A model generated the notes under the pieces. That model saw only the letters and a list, made by a program, of their open reading frames with translations, had not been told where the DNA came from and ran no database searches. This document shows, one piece after another, positions 1-15,000 of a DNA stretch of 64,000 nt. Source of the DNA: Tubiluchus corallicola (lineage: Eukaryota; Animalia; Priapulida). The stretch is taken from NCBI GenBank assembly GCA_030141605.1, contig JAQGDQ010000284.1, positions 186,001 to 250,000 on the forward strand, in the 5' to 3' direction. A program made the position numbers and the translations under genes. Numbering within the stretch: the stretch's first letter is position 1; the number at the start of each line of letters is the position of its first letter.

Positions 1-487
1 ACATTGTTATGGTCACAAACAGACACTAGCGCACCCTGGTGTCAATTTATTTCCCAAATTAACATGAAAGGCGAGTCATAATGATAATTGCAATATTAAT
101 CCGGTAAAGATAATCACGTCACAATGAATGAGAACAACTTTCTACACGGGGAGACAATATAAGAGAAATTAAGACACGCCCAGCCAATTAAGAAATGAAT
201 AAAGGCAGCAAGGATACTGCACATATGCGTAGAGAGGACAGATTGACATCTTATACATGAATAGGCAAAGATTGTCTAAAATTTCAAAACCTATTCTAGA
301 GGCAACGTAGAGAGAGAGACTGTTGTCTTCTCTTCTATGAATGCCATAATAATTTATGCACAGGTTAAGTGACGGATGCATTATGGGTACAAAAGTAATT
401 TTTTCCTTTGTCTATCATGTACACGCAACACTAAACTAGGCTGAAATGTTCTCACTTCCTAATGTGTTACACTGTGGTCGTTTCTTC

Positions 488-670
488 TCCCCTTTCCTTC
501 TTCCTATCCCTAATCTTACTATTTTTTTCCATTCCATCATGTCTACTAACCTTAACCATTCTTTCATTCACTCATCCTCCCCTCCCCTTTCCTTCTTCCT
601 ATCCCTAATCTTACTATTTTTTTCCATTCCATCATGTCTACTAACCTTAACCATTCTTTCATTCACTCAT
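488..670. repeat. Tandem duplication, ~95-bp period, pyrimidine-rich
   Basis: atccctaatcttactatttttttccattccatcatgtctactaaccttaacc occurs at 506 and 601. Confidence 0.85.
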
Positions 671-829
671 TTGTGCCACCCTAACAAGCCCAGCTTTCAA
701 GGTGTCATACAGCAACTCTTTCATTTGGTTAATTTGACTTCATCAACATTTTTTTTACCTATACTGTTTCTTTTTGTTTCAATAATATTGTATGTTGATG
801 TATTGTATATGTATTGCTGAAGTGAAATA

Positions 830-830
830 A

Positions 831-885
<55 letters not shown>

Positions 886-895
886 AATTGATTGA
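830..895. repeat. (ATTG)n microsatellite
   Basis: Direct reading. Confidence 0.95.
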
Positions 896-1068
896 TGTGT
901 TAATCTGGTGTGACCTTGACCTGTGAGTCTTGACCTCTGAAAATCGTCGAAAGATGACATTTTTTGCTAAAATTGTTTGGATATGACTGCTAGGGTAACC
1001 ATGACGTTTTATGTTTGATTTTGTCTTGGTACCATATCACCCAAAACAGTACATACTAAGGACACAAC

Positions 1069-1444
1069 AGCCTTTTCACAGTTTCGTTGTGCGCATGCGC
1101 AGTTGTTGAATATGAAAGGTTAATATTGCCACAGCAACGCGCCTGAACTGCAACCGTCGCGTGACATGTTGGTAAAGCAAAGTCGTCGCATCAGTTCAGT
1201 GACTTCTGTTGTTTTACGTGTTTAATTATTCATTAATCTGCGTGTAGAATGATTTGCTAGCACGATCTTGCTTGGGAACAAGAAAAAATCAGCTAGCTAA
1301 GGTTCTAACTAGCTGTTAAAACTACTATCGTTACATTAGTATGGGTTGTCAAGGTTGTCAAGTGTACACAAATGCGTTGTCTGGTGCGCTTAACCTTTTG
1401 ACCTTTTCACGATCATCATCAATCACTGGAACTGTGAAAAGGCT
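1069..1444 (+). mobile_element. MITE family A, copy 1 (TIR AGCCTTTTCACAGTT)
   Basis: Perfect 15-bp TIR at 1069-1083 and 1430-1444. Homologous copies start at 27409, 37619 and 40916. Confidence 0.8.
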
Positions 1445-1809
1445 CCGCCAATATTTGTTCATTTTTTTAATCATTGAAAACAAAATGTGTTCGTACTACA
1501 TTCGTACTACTAGTGTAATAATGATGAATGAAGTCCATCTGCACTCGTCCACTATGACTACCTCTCCATACATCAGTGGCTAATTCACAGCACTGCCCAC
1601 GCATTCATATGCAGAATCCCTACTGGGAAAAGTCAGACCAGGGCTGGCTAATTCCACTGATCATTATATTAACCCCTTCATTATCTGGACGCGTGCCCGG
1701 CGGGGCGGGGTGAAAGGGTTAGACGCATCTGTAGTACTAGGAGGAAGAAAAGAGCCCCGTTATTGTACTCTCATCGAGTTATTCCACATGCTGAGTTAGT
1801 ACAATAAAA

Positions 1810-1823
1810 GCCCCCTCTGGTGG
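1810..1823 (-). promoter_or_regulatory. CTCF-like motif CCACCAGAGGGGGC
   Basis: Near-consensus match to the CTCF core; motif only. Confidence 0.3.
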
Positions 1824-2094
1824 AGGTTTGATTAATATGCTATGCTATTCGGCGCGGTATTAAAAGCTCAAAGGTGCTTAAGCCTCTATTATAAAGAAAT
1901 GGGAAAGCAGAAAGAAGATATCAACGACATATTTAAAAACAATTTTGCAGACACGGTGGCATCTCTGTACTTTGGTGACGATAAAATAGACGGTTTTAGA
2001 GGTGAAATAGTCTCTGTTTTGTTGAAATTTTAACAGGCGGTTTAAAGGAAAAGGCAAGCCTTCTAGGAAGTTGCGCTGATTTGAAAAATGTTAG

Positions 2095-2215
2095 AAGGAT
2101 TTAGTAATAAAACTCCAATAAGCGCCTCGTGTAACTAGTAAAATCAATTTTAAAATCACGATCACTTCATAAGTGGGCGTCCCCATTTTCAATGCCCATT
2201 CTTCTTCCAATGAAA
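2095..2215 (-). repeat. Dispersed repeat family C fragment
   Basis: ggatttagtaataaaa...actagtaaaatca...cacgatca shared with 63093 onward; reverse complement of 14900-15000. Confidence 0.65.
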
Positions 2216-2410
2216 AAGCAAAAAGAGAATATCCATGACATATTTGGAAACAATTTTACGGACATGATAGCACCTCTGTACTTTAATCACAATAAAAAGA
2301 CGCCTTAAGTCGCTGTGAATTTCAAAATGTTCTGTTCTTCTTTACCTGATAACCTAATCCTGCTAGCTTTTTTCAAAACATTTGTTGTTGAAGTATTGTG
2401 GCTAGTACAA

Positions 2411-2580
2411 GGGCACTAGCACCTGCATTTTGAAAACATGTTGCGCAAAAACACAGGTGCTGTGCCTCTCAGTCAGTTCAGATGTGTTAGTTTGTGACGT
2501 ACTACACTCGTTCGACAACTCATGCATGAGTGCAGCGGTAAATTTGAAATCTGAATTTTTATCTCAAAACTACCCTAGCA
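2411..2580 (+). repeat. Dispersed repeat family B copy
   Basis: acaggtgctgt.cctctcag..ttcagatgtgttagtttgtgacg...gtaaattt shared with 47150-47315; more distant copies at 39627 and 55826. Confidence 0.75.
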
Positions 2581-3264
2581 TTTTAAATTACTAAGAATTG
2601 TCTTTTCGAGGCACAAAAGTCTTTCCAACACCTAAGCGTAATTCTAAGTAATGTATGGAAAGTGTAGTATTCTACTGCAAAAAATGTATGGACAGTTTTT
2701 TGAGACAAACTTTGAGACATGCAATTTCCTTTGCTCTCCTTTAATTTTCCTGATTTCTTCAGTACAGGTGTGTAAAAATACCTTTGCTGTCACAGGTGTC
2801 AACTCATACTAATTAAGCAACAATTAATGATTTTACCTGTCGCATAATTAATCCCCGTCAATTATTTTTAAATCTTAAATCATTTCCCTTCATATTTTTT
2901 GGAATTTCCTTTAATTATACCAGCTAATTAGTCTTTTTAATTGGTTTCACGTGTGACTAATGGTCTCTTCATTCGGATGACAGGTCAGAAAGAACCCCCA
3001 GGACGTTGTTCTCTTTTTCCCTCTTGACCAGCGGTCAGTTGATTAGCTCTGTCCCTGGTCAGCAGATGAGTTGTTTATGGTGTGTGGTTAGGACCGGGTT
3101 TCACTAGACATTGTTTTCTCAGGCGGTTTCAATTTTGTGCAAGGAAACTTTATAACTGGCCACTGGTCACTACTATTGGTCAGCCGAATGGAAATGATCA
3201 GAGGTTATTATTGGAGAGATGGATGTGGTCAAGTGCCAAACGATTGAATAAAGTAGCATACGTC

Positions 3265-3870
3265 TGAATAACTGAATAAATGAATGAGTGAATGAATGAA
3301 TAAATGAACGGGATGAACGAACGAACGAACGAATGAATGACTGTTTGATTGATTGAATGAATGAATGAGCGAACGAAGAAACAAACAAATTAATAAATAA
3401 GAAATAAATAAACAAATTATAGTTGAATAATTGATGGAAACAAGTGATTATTTACACAAAGATTTTAGTGGATAAACCAATGAATGGATATTTGAATGAC
3501 ATTCATGTGTGCCTGAATACATGATAAATGAATGAATAATTGAACGAAGACATGAATGAACGAATGGGTCAATGAATGAACGAATAAATGAATAAGTGAA
3601 TGAATGAATGAAGGAATGAATGAATGAATGAATGAATGAATGAATGAATGAATGAATGAATGAATGAATGAATGAACGAATTGATGAATGAACAAATAAA
3701 TGAGAAAGAATGAAAAAAATATATTTGAATCACTGAGAGAACCATTGATCGTTTAAACAAACATTTTATTGGTTAAACGAATGAATGGATATTTGAATGA
3801 CTTTCATGTGTACCTGAATGAATGATAGAATAAGCGAATGAATATTTGATTGTGTGAGTGAGTGAATAAT
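3265..3870. repeat. Degenerate (TGAA)n microsatellite field
   Basis: Direct reading; pure core at 3594-3676. Confidence 0.9.
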
Positions 3871-3985
3871 TGAGTGGTTAGCTGTATCTACATGCATTCC
3901 TGTTTATTAACAGTAAAAGAGTAAATACATGTACTAAATTTTAAAAACTCTGTAAATCTGTAAGATCCAGCTCATAAGTATATAA

Positions 3986-4400
<415 letters not shown>

Positions 4401-4906
4401 GTGAAACAATGACGTTTAACCAAAAGGACTAAACACTCTTCAAGTTATTAAAAATTTTGTTTTTCTGTAACACCGTCTTTCAAACAGGTAAACGCAAAGC
4501 TAAGTAATTCAACTTTGCATGAAAAGTTTAAAATTTCTCCCTCTTCCCCATCTTCCCTAAACGTGTGTTCATTTCATCCTGCAACAAGTAAATATTTACA
4601 CTGGCAAAGAAGCCATCGCCTTAAGCTACAATGCACTGCACCACGGAAGCCCTTCATAAAATTCGATTAAAAACGCAATAAAATTGAATTAAACACGACA
4701 GATTAAATTTACGAGAAATAATAAGGCAGTAAACGCTGTAGACGATCATAAATTATGCTGATTAACGTAACATAAATTATGTTGATTAATGCGACGCGAA
4801 TTTGCATTTTGGACAATTAAATGACTGATTGATCACTTCATATGAAAACCCACAAGCGAATTTATAATTAATGGCTTGTTTAATCAGGACGTAGAATCTG
4901 TCAAAA

Positions 4907-5084
4907 CGACATGTCTGCTTCCTAGACTCGTTCTGCAGCTTACCAATGCCAGTTCACATGCGCGAACGTTCACCTAGTTACTACTACACACGATCGACAT
5001 GTCTGCTTCCTAGACTCCTAGCTTCCTAGCTTACCAATGCCAGTTCACATGCGCGAACGTTCACCTAGTTACTTCTACACACGA
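4907..5084. repeat. Tandem duplication, ~89-bp period
   Basis: cgacatgtctgcttcctagactc...agcttaccaatgccagttcacatgcgcgaacgttcacctagttact occurs twice. Confidence 0.85.
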
Positions 5085-5629
5085 TATCACAGATCAAAAA
5101 AGTTTTACATACGATAACACAAACGATATTATGGTTTGCTGGAGTTTCGATATCGTTTGTAAGATGTATATTAGTTTTATACTGACATGCGTGTGTTCAT
5201 GTTGATTATATTGGTATTTGTTTGTAACACTATTGCAAATATTAGTTTTTAGCTGGTTATTCGTAATGGTTTTGCTTATATATATGATACTTGTATATGT
5301 GTAACAATGACACTAAAGAATTATATATATAAGTCCAGAAAAGAAGCGATATATGTATGTGTGTATATTGTATATATATATATATAGTTTACGCGTTTAC
5401 AACTCCTTTAACTTACTACAACATACACATCCTCCAAAACTCGTTTACAGCCCCTTTAAATTTCTGGACATGCTAGTATAAATATCCCCCAAAACTCGTG
5501 TACAGCTCCTTTAACTTTTCTGAACATCTTAGTATAGTTATCACCAAAAACTCGTGTACAGCTCCTTTAAGTTTTCCGGACACACTGGTATAATATGTAT
5601 CCCGAAAAACTCATATACAGCTCGGTTTT

Positions 5630-5880
5630 TCTTCAATAGAAACAGAGATATTCCCAGTACCAAGGAGAACGATGGCTCGCTCATGTTTGGAAGCCCAATT
5701 CCACCCTTTTCAATGTACTCACACCTCATACAAAATGGTCTCGTCCACTCATGTTTATGTATTAACCCTAGTATAACATTATGGAATAATTTCACTGCAC
5801 TCTGTATCATATTCTCAGTGGGACTTGTATTATTAAATTTCACAATGCACTCTCTGCACGCTCTGACTCTCTGCCTCCAA
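5630..5880 (-). mobile_element. Possible L1/Tx1-like LINE remnant
   Basis: Minus-strand translation contains KGGIGLPN, resembling the GGLGLP motif downstream of L1/Tx1 RT. Single motif only. Confidence 0.3.
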
Positions 5881-7140
5881 TCCCAGCAGCCCAAATATTA
5901 CTATCCCAGCGTACTATTCTACACATATTCATAACGTGACGTCCGCTGGTGCTTTGAATGTAGAAATAAGTGCATTTGGGTTGGTCATTGCGACGTAATT
6001 TCATCATTAACTTGCTGCTTTGTGTGCTCCATTCACGTGGTATGGTTAATATACGCTGATCATATGTGTTTAGTAGTGAGAGTCTAATCATGCAGCCCTG
6101 GCTGCTTTATTTAAACTAATATCGCCACGTGCCAATATTCCCAAAATACTAGCGACTCATTCCAGCAAAAGGGGGTGACTGACCCGCCAGGGACAGCTGC
6201 CTCGGAATGGACAATGGTCAAGGGGCTTCTTGGAGAGTGTGAGATGCTTTGATTACGCTCACCACCTGCCTTCCTCCCAAATCTTTCATATTGCACCATA
6301 CTTGTGGTCGAGTATTGTTTCTTAATTAACGACTACTGCTCATATGCCACACTCGGCACGAGCGGGGTGGATAAAATTAGCCGTCTTACATTGTCCAGTA
6401 ATGTTCAGGTACTGATCAGCTGCCCGTTACATTGACCAGTGGTCAGTGGTTGAACAATATGGGAAAGTTGAATGACCAGAGGTACAATGGGGAGTCGGAT
6501 GGATGTGTGACGTAATGCGGAGTGGAATCCGTGCGTAATTCACCTTGGTGTAGCTGCTTGTAATATAACCAGGTGATGGTCTTGATAGCTGTAGTGAGAG
6601 ACAGTGTTTTGTGTTATTTTTATATAAAAGTATAGTGGATAATGATTATATATCTATCTATCTATGTATATATACATATACACCTGTTTTTTTAGTTTAT
6701 TATTATCACATTCAGTACAATATAATGACATTAAGCACACAGTGACATCAAAATTATTACGTCATACTGCATTAAATTGTTATGTTTCATACACTATCGC
6801 TATCATAATAAATAATTGTACAGCAGTGGGCTAGAGAAGCAAAGGCTTGTATAAGCCCACTGTCTCATGTGAACAAGATAAAAAACAATGGATGAGTGAA
6901 TAAAAAAAGAACTGGGAGAAAGGTTAGATCACACAGGAAGGGTTGAAGGATGTGTTAGTGGAAATGGTAGGAAGAAAGATAATAGATTGCATACATACCT
7001 CTATTTGCATGCGATAAATTGCTATGTAGGTATGAATTTTTGACTATTACATGCAATCCATGCTGCACATATAAAATATTCAAGAAATATATCTTTCATT
7101 AACAATGTTTTCAGTCGCTTAAGCTCATCGTTGCTATATG

Positions 7141-7550
7141 CAGGATTCCCACTGTCAGGGAGAATCCTGGAAAATACAGGATATCCTGGAAAGTCGTGGA
7201 CAAGTCGGGGGGAAAGATGATTTGGTAAAAAGTCAGGGAAAATGATTATTATGGGCCGAAAAGTCAGGGAAATTGGAAAGGGTTGCAAAAATAATCACCG
7301 TGAATCGATATTTTTGCCAAACATATTTCTCAGTGATTCGTGTTCCAATAAAATTTTCCTATGGCGTGCTCCCAATTTCGATTTCTGTTCCAAAAATAAT
7401 GATTGGATTAAGAAAGTTTAATTAAAGTGATTAGTGTGATTTTGTTAGCATATGTGTATGTGTACTGCTAATGCAATTTCTGCTTATCTTGGTCATGGAA
7501 AATCAATGAAAAATCTAGGAAATTTATTTTAAAATTCCGTGGGAAATCTG
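7141..7550 (+). mobile_element. Degenerate TIR element (CAGG.TTCCCAC ends, GTCAGGGAA subterminal repeats)
   Basis: caggattcccac at 7141 and gtgggaaatctg ending 7550; repeated agtcaggga motifs. TSD is not clean. Confidence 0.55.
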
Positions 7551-8584
7551 TATATAAGTCTCTACGTGTATTTCTTAATCACTTACTATTTAGTAAGCTG
7601 TCCTCTTTAAAATTATTATAATATCAATATAATCTATACTAACTTATCTCACATTTTTAACATCAGTTATCACACATTGTTCTAATAATAAACTCATCTC
7701 TTGTCAGATTTACGAAAGTTTTTAATATATTACTATCTGGATTGATATAAATATCCTGCAATTCCTGCCCCGCTACAGTATTACAAAATTCTTCCCCTTT
7801 CGTGCTTAGTAAAATAGGGATTAAATTTGTGTAGTTCTTGAGATTACTGATTGTAACTCTTGTGGATTTAAACATTGAATTGGAATCTAATTACTTTGGT
7901 ATATCAATTTATCTGCATTTTTATGTTGCTTCACAGGAAACTTGCTGCATTAATAACCTTGATTTTAGCACGATTTTTTATTGAAAAAGTAAATTCTGCA
8001 AAAAAATAATAAAATATGCAAAACACAATTTCGCTTTTTCAAATTTTGATCACTTAAAACTTTTACTTTGAACAGCTGCAAGCTAGCTAACTTACAGTTT
8101 TTAGCTTTAGATGATGCACTAGCACACCACAAACACTTATATTTACAAGTAACTGGTATATATAATGTTCAATGGATGATAACAACGATGAATGAAATAT
8201 ATCGAGTAACAAAAATAAAACTGAAATAAAGCACGCACTTTAATACTTCTTGTTTAATATCACTGTAAGAAATGTTATGCGCACAAATTAGAAAACCTAA
8301 TTACAGAATCCGTAAATGTAATATTGTAGAATTCACTCTGTATAGTGTCTATGTAAAATTGTATAATGTTAGTACAGATAATTTTGCCTGCAAAAAGAGG
8401 CTAATAAAGACTTATCGTCATCATCAATTCCCTTTTCACTGGAGTTTCTAAATGGAATTCTAGTAATAAATGTCCTACAGTTTAGAAAAGTGCGCCCACA
8501 CGTACAAGATGCATCCTCGTTTAGCCCAATTTTCTCTAGAAATGTTTTATAATTTTCATGGTCAAAGAGTAAGCAGCAGCAAAG

Positions 8585-8964
8585 TTAAGACGTTCAGTCC
8601 CAAATTATTATTTTAATTAGTTTTTTTCTACCTGTGCCACGGGATACATTGGGATTCAATGGAAGCATAAAATGTGCTTCATTTTGCAACTGCTGATAAT
8701 TTTTTAAAGTATTTAAGACATTTAGTATGCATGCTATGCTGATCTGTACGAAGTCGTCTCTAAAGTACTGTACCTTGCGCAGTTTTTTATGCTATGTAGA
8801 TTTTCTAGTTTGCCATTTTATCACTATTTTTAGTCTATTGTTATTGGCTTAAATCAAAATAACTATTAACAGATCAAGTAACTGTCCGTTTGAAAATTTT
8901 ATTAATTTTAAAGGTAGAAAATATTCTCGTATCCCACGGGATACAACGGGTATGAAAGGGTTAA
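8585..8964. mobile_element. Possible piggyBac-like MITE
   Basis: Right end gggtatgaaagggTTAA; degenerate left end TTAAgacgttcagtccc; internal repeat ccacgggataca at 8637 and 8934. Confidence 0.4.
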
Positions 8965-9232
8965 GACGTTTATAGTAAGATTTCCAAATTTTACCGATTT
9001 CGCCTCTGATACGACAACGGATGTAGCGAGGTTAGATGTCTGACGGTGATCTCAGCGTCTGGATGACGAAATGCCATTGTTTGTAACGTCACTCTTGTTT
9101 ATCCAAACATCAGATAAGTAAGAGTGAACAAAGTAAAGTTCTCACCGTCTGCTGCTGTGGAACCATTGCATCATGGAATAGTGCTGGTGACCCCAAGTTC
9201 ATTGAGTTGTCACTAATGCACTTTTGCATTTC

Positions 9233-9548
9233 TAAAATTTCCTTCGATAATTTAAACAGCAACAGTCAACGTGAAGTGACCATTGTTAAGCAACATCAAG
9301 TTTGGTCAGTAAGTGGATGGGTGTTCCAAAATTTTCTTCGATAACTTAGACAGCAGCTGAGTTCTCACAATCAACGTGAAGTAACCAATGTTAAGCAACA
9401 TCAAGTTTGGTCAGTAAGTGGATGGGTGTTCCTAAATTTTCTTCGATAATTTATACAGCAGCTGAGTGCTCACAGCCATCGTGAAGTGACCAATGTTAAG
9501 CAACATTAAATTTGGTCAGTAGGTGGATGAATGACTGCCTCTGGGAGG
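9233..9548 (+). repeat. Three 105-bp tandem units containing degenerate 5S internal control region (old SINE3-like head)
   Basis: gttaagcaacat at 9285, 9390 and 9495, each followed by tggtcagta.gtggatg, resembling 5S box A AGTTAAGC and box C TGGATGGG. A further fragment lies at 10723-10790. Confidence 0.65.
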
Positions 9549-10959
9549 TTTTCATGGTGTATCCAAGTATTTCAGTTTGCATTGGCTTGACCTATTCCTC
9601 ACTTGTGTTCCTGGGCCATGTGATTCTTGTGCGGATTTCTGTCCTAATCCATCATTGGAGATCCACACAATATAGTGGAGGCTGGAGCTGCTTCAGAGCT
9701 GTCGATAAATGTAAATCAAAGGTGATAAATAAAAGTGATTCTCCAATCAAATGAAAGTCATTATTAGAATCACAAACTTGAATTTACTAATATTAAGACT
9801 AAATTAGTTAATCAATTATTTTAAACCACTTACTCATTATGCTATGAAAAGTTCCTCTTCTTGAGGAGGCATTACTAGCTGCATCAACTCTGTTCTCACC
9901 ACAACTCAGCTTCAAGAGGTACCTCTCCACTCTTTCTTTGATACGGTTCTTGTCTTAACGAGATTTGACCCGGAAGTACTTCAACTATGTTGCAGAGAAC
10001 TCGCTGCCATTTCAGCTGCTTCTTTGAGAACAATCGACCCAGTCTCTGCTGTCGTCGTTCCATCAGCTACTATGTTCCTACTAGAGATATAAAGTTGTTT
10101 TCTTAACCTGTGAAGTTCCACGTAGCATCACTGCAGTAATCATAGTAAGCTAGACTGACTCGTAATGTGGAGTAGTTGATCGGAAAAGTCGTTTCAGTTC
10201 CCTTTAAATTTGGAAGTCAATGTATGAAATGGTTTTTGAATGAAAGATCAACAAGATGAAACGAAATAGAAATTTCCTGCTTCACGCTTAATGAAATTAA
10301 AAATATATAATTAACACGGCTGACTAATTAATTATTTATATATTTAAGCCTTTGTATTATATTAGTATTTGTATTATTTATTAAAGGAAAAATCAAATAA
10401 TTTAGAACCTGAATACGAGTGCCACGTGTCTTGATAAAACTAAGAGGAACCATGTATTTTATATGCTCCTAGATCTTTCTGTTGTAAATTCTGCATGTAA
10501 ATTTATTTCTGATTGCATATATGAGACAACATGCGAATAAAGATAGTACAATTTTCAGTCATTTTCATACCAACTTATAGCGACTTTATCAGGTAATTAG
10601 CTGTATTCACTCGTTTCGCAAAATTCCGTTTCTTGTTTTTAGAAAACCTTGGCACTCGTTAATGAACGGGTGATTTAAAACTTTTACTTCCTTCGATGCA
10701 TAAACTAATAGAAAAGCAATTTTTAAGCAACATCAAGTTTGGTCAGTAAGTGGATGAGTGTTCCAAAACTTTCTTCGATAACTTAGACAGATAACTTGAA
10801 CTGTAACTAGCATTTTAAGCGTTATTTAAATTGCATAAATTGTTACGGTGTTATCGATTCGTGATGCCTGGTGTCAAGTGTCTCTCTACACTTTTCATAC
10901 ATTAACACTAAATTTAAGAAACATTAGAACGAACAATCAATATGGAAAGAATTCCATTA

Positions 10960-11060
10960 CTAAGCAAGCAATACAACTTTGGTAATTCATTACCCACATC
11001 ACTAAAACACAGCAGCTCTTTATCAATATTCAAGTCTAAATTAAAAAAACATTTAATGAC
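10960..11060 (+). mobile_element. CR1/L2-group LINE 3' remnant
   Basis: Translation NSLPTSLKHSSSLSIFKSKLKKHL matches the typical WNSLP...FK.KLK ORF2 end. Confidence 0.6.
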
Positions 11061-11295
11061 TCGTTTTGAATATCCGACATACGAACACGATGATACTTAC
11101 TCAAATCATAATTTCATTTTTCCTAGACCTTACTAAACTAGTTTATATTTTATTTTTGAATTTCTAGTTGCACTTATAGTTTAGCTTGCACCAGACGCAT
11201 TTGCCCAGAACACTGTATGTTTTTATATGAACTAGCACTGATTGTCTGTCTTTTATTATGATGGTCAATGTTTTTAAAATGGCAGACAAAGATTT

Positions 11296-11987
<692 letters not shown>

Positions 11988-12950
11988 ATTTTTGTTTTCG
12001 TCAATAAGAAAGCAAGCTTAACCCCCAGAGAGTTGGAGAACAGTATAGACTAAAAAGCAGAATATTGTTTATGTTCGTCTGTCGGTTGTGTTACAACCCA
12101 TTTTGTTTAATTTTCCATAGACGCCTGTACAGGTGTTCCGATTGATTTTCAATTGATCTTTCATTATTATTCCACTCGAGTAAGTTTGCGTGCGCATGTG
12201 TGCGCAGCTGCGTGTGCGTGTGACTGACCCGGGGCTCGTGTTCTCCAATTACCTAACCTCCCATAACTCACCATTCTGCGCTTTGAAAGAGAAGACAGAT
12301 AAGTCACGTTAATCCTAATTTAGACCTCTTTGCGTAAGTTTAAAGCTAGTGACTTGCTGTTTATGGCCCGGGGGCTGAGAGCATCTTCAAACGAGACTAC
12401 CTAACCACTGCATTGTCTTTGTAGACCGTCTTAATTGTTACAACTATAAAGTGGTTGTTCTTCAATCCAGGGTAGCAAGCTGCTGGGTTTAGGTACTTTT
12501 ATTCCAGGTCGTACGTGACATTGTGTAAGTTCTCATAAGTCACAGGTGTTGAACGGTCGGAACGGCACCAAAAATAGGACCAGTCGTACAATAGGTGCGC
12601 ATGTTGAGACGTAAGAACATTTGGACTTGTGTTACAAGACGGTATTGTTTTCAACACGCTGACATAATGGCCACAACTGTCGCGGTTTTGCTTTTCATAG
12701 CAGCACGTTCTATTCTGGGTCATCGTGTCTTCGAATGTCTTCCGAGGTTTCTTCACTTTAAAATGACGTTTTTCAAGGGAGTTTGTCACGTGGGTCCGTG
12801 GGAACTGTCTCTGGGGATTAAATTTTAGTTTAGTTTAAACTTTATTTATTCATAGTGGATTTACAAAACAGACTGGGTCTGATATTATCAAAATTTCAAT
12901 TATTAATCACTTCTTTAAGATTTCCACGTACAGTTTGACCTGTCAAGCAA

Positions 12951-13131
12951 TGCTTTTAGGCTCAAACTGTATCAAAATTATTCTGTAATGTAATTTGCAC
13001 ATGTATATGCTGCATAAGAATCTCTTGTAATTTCTGGATAATATTGCATTTATATTTATATTTACTTCAGTGAAATTATCTGTATTTTTATTATAACTAT
13101 TAGATGCAGAGTGGAAATAAATAAACTTATA
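12951..13131 (+). repeat. Dispersed ~180-bp repeat, inverted copy at 22783-22968
   Basis: Near-identical reverse complement; ends in aaataaataaactt, like a retroposon 3' tail. Confidence 0.85.
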
Positions 13132-13623
13132 TAACTTATATGTACAGGTATTTCCACAGTAAATAGTGTTAATAGAGTGCAAAGTGTTAATAAAGGAATA
13201 ATGGACGCCACAATTAATAATTATCACAGTCGATTCTATAAAACATTTGACTCAATTACAATCAGCAGATGGTGATGAAACTTTCATACATGAACAGAAT
13301 AAACACAATATTTTATTTACATATTTAGATATTCATTTATTAGTGTCAAAAATACACACAAATTCAATTTTAAAATATACTAAAAACAAGACATATATAC
13401 AATTTCAATTATGAAATAAACAAAAAACAAGACATCTATACACAATTTCAATTTTGAAATATACAAAAACAAGGCATACATACAATCTCAATTTTGAAAT
13501 ATACAAAAAAAAAGACATACCGGTTACATACAATCTCGGTAATGATATTTTCTCCAACACTGATTGCTGCCTTGTGTGATGTTAATATTCGTGTTTTATC
13601 ATGTTATTTTTTCATATCTATAG

Positions 13624-13711
13624 GTATCCCAAGGCCAGAGTGCAGAAAATAGCAATGACGGAATACTAATTGTGGACGAGGGAGCTGTTGCAGCTGCTAC
13701 TCCTTCACCAG
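13624..13711 (+). CDS. INO80: INO80 chromatin-remodelling ATPase, third-from-last coding exon (VSQGQSAENSNDGILIVDEGAVAAATPSP)
   Basis: Acceptor ttttttcatatctatag|GTATCC and donor CCAG|gtatgc. 88 nt (phase 0 to 1) with no stop; joins in frame to 38048. SNDGILIVDE resembles the recalled vertebrate INO80 motif SSDMLVIVDD. Confidence 0.8.
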
Positions 13712-14556
13712 GTATGCATAAATTTAATCAGGCATGCTAACAATCTACGAAATATGCTTACAGATGTAAAACATGCTTGCAAAATCGTCGTGCCAGCAGC
13801 ATATGTGTTGGTATCAATATTTACTAGGATTATACATTAATAGTAACATTACTGATGGGGTGGTTCGTTATCAGTTCTTTGCCATCATTTCACCAACCAG
13901 GATATAATATCATTCCTGCAATTTACAAATCACCATAATAATTTTACTTTCTATTATATGATTGTTTTTAATCTATAATTTAATTATCAGAAACGCTTTT
14001 GCAGTCTTAATTGTGTTAAAATGTATACTTTTTCCTGGAGATGAAAATGGGATAGTATATGAAAAATCATCCTGTCTTTCTTAAAGATTTCATCCATATC
14101 ATAAGAATAGAACCCCAGCTGAATGCGTCTGACAAACATGATAGGAAAAAATAGAAAAAAATTCCTATACTTCACCTCATGACGTCATGATCATCATCCT
14201 GCTTGGTAATTATTTGCTAATTAGTATGTAAACTTATAACCTATCTGCTGTACACTCGTTTTGCTCATTAAATATGTTTGTTTAGCATTTTTACCTGTGT
14301 GAACATTTTTATCACCTGTGTGCAAGTTGTCCACGCCACACGTCTGCATGACCTCAATAAAATTCTCACCTTCCCCCCAAACTCCTCCTCCTAGCTTTGT
14401 GATTCTCTTTTACATGGAAAAACACTTGGGGATGAGGTACATTATCAAGCACGTGTGAAATTCCTAATGGACTACCCAAGTTGCAATGGCTGCAGTGTTG
14501 GAAGTTTTTCTTATTTATGCGATTCAAAGGAAAGAACAAGTCACTTAGCATGTTCA

Positions 14557-15000
14557 CTTTATTTTAATGTTGCCACTTAAATTTAGAAAAAATATGACAA
14601 AGAAATTTCTTATAAAATTATTTACAAAGCATAAAGTTATTTTATGCTACCACTGTATAGAACTTTTCGGGCGCGGTGGTAGCCGCCATTCACTTGAAAG
14701 ATATGACGTAACTGGTGGAGTAGGTGGTGACGTAACTGGTGGTCGCTAGCTCTTTGTGGCTTACCGTAAACGCACACTGCTCAGACTTCTGCAGCTTACC
14801 TAATGTTCATGCAAAAATATCACGAAATTGGCTATTTTTTTGTAAAATCATCATACGTTTGACTGAAATTGACAGCTGGGCTGCTTTTCTTCAGCCGATG
14901 AATGACGTCATTGGTGGAAAAACGAGCTTTCAAAATGGAGCACCCAAGCGTGAAATGATCAAGACTTTAAAGTGATTTTACTAGTTACACGAAGCACTTT
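14557..15000 (+). repeat. Dispersed repeat family C copy
   Basis: Matches the reverse complement of 63093-63555 and parts of 31920-32105 (gatgaatga.gtcattggtggaaaaa). Confidence 0.7.

Noticed and set aside
7663-7875. 70-aa minus-strand ORF
   Set aside because: No diagnostic motif; could be a LINE relic but unsupported.
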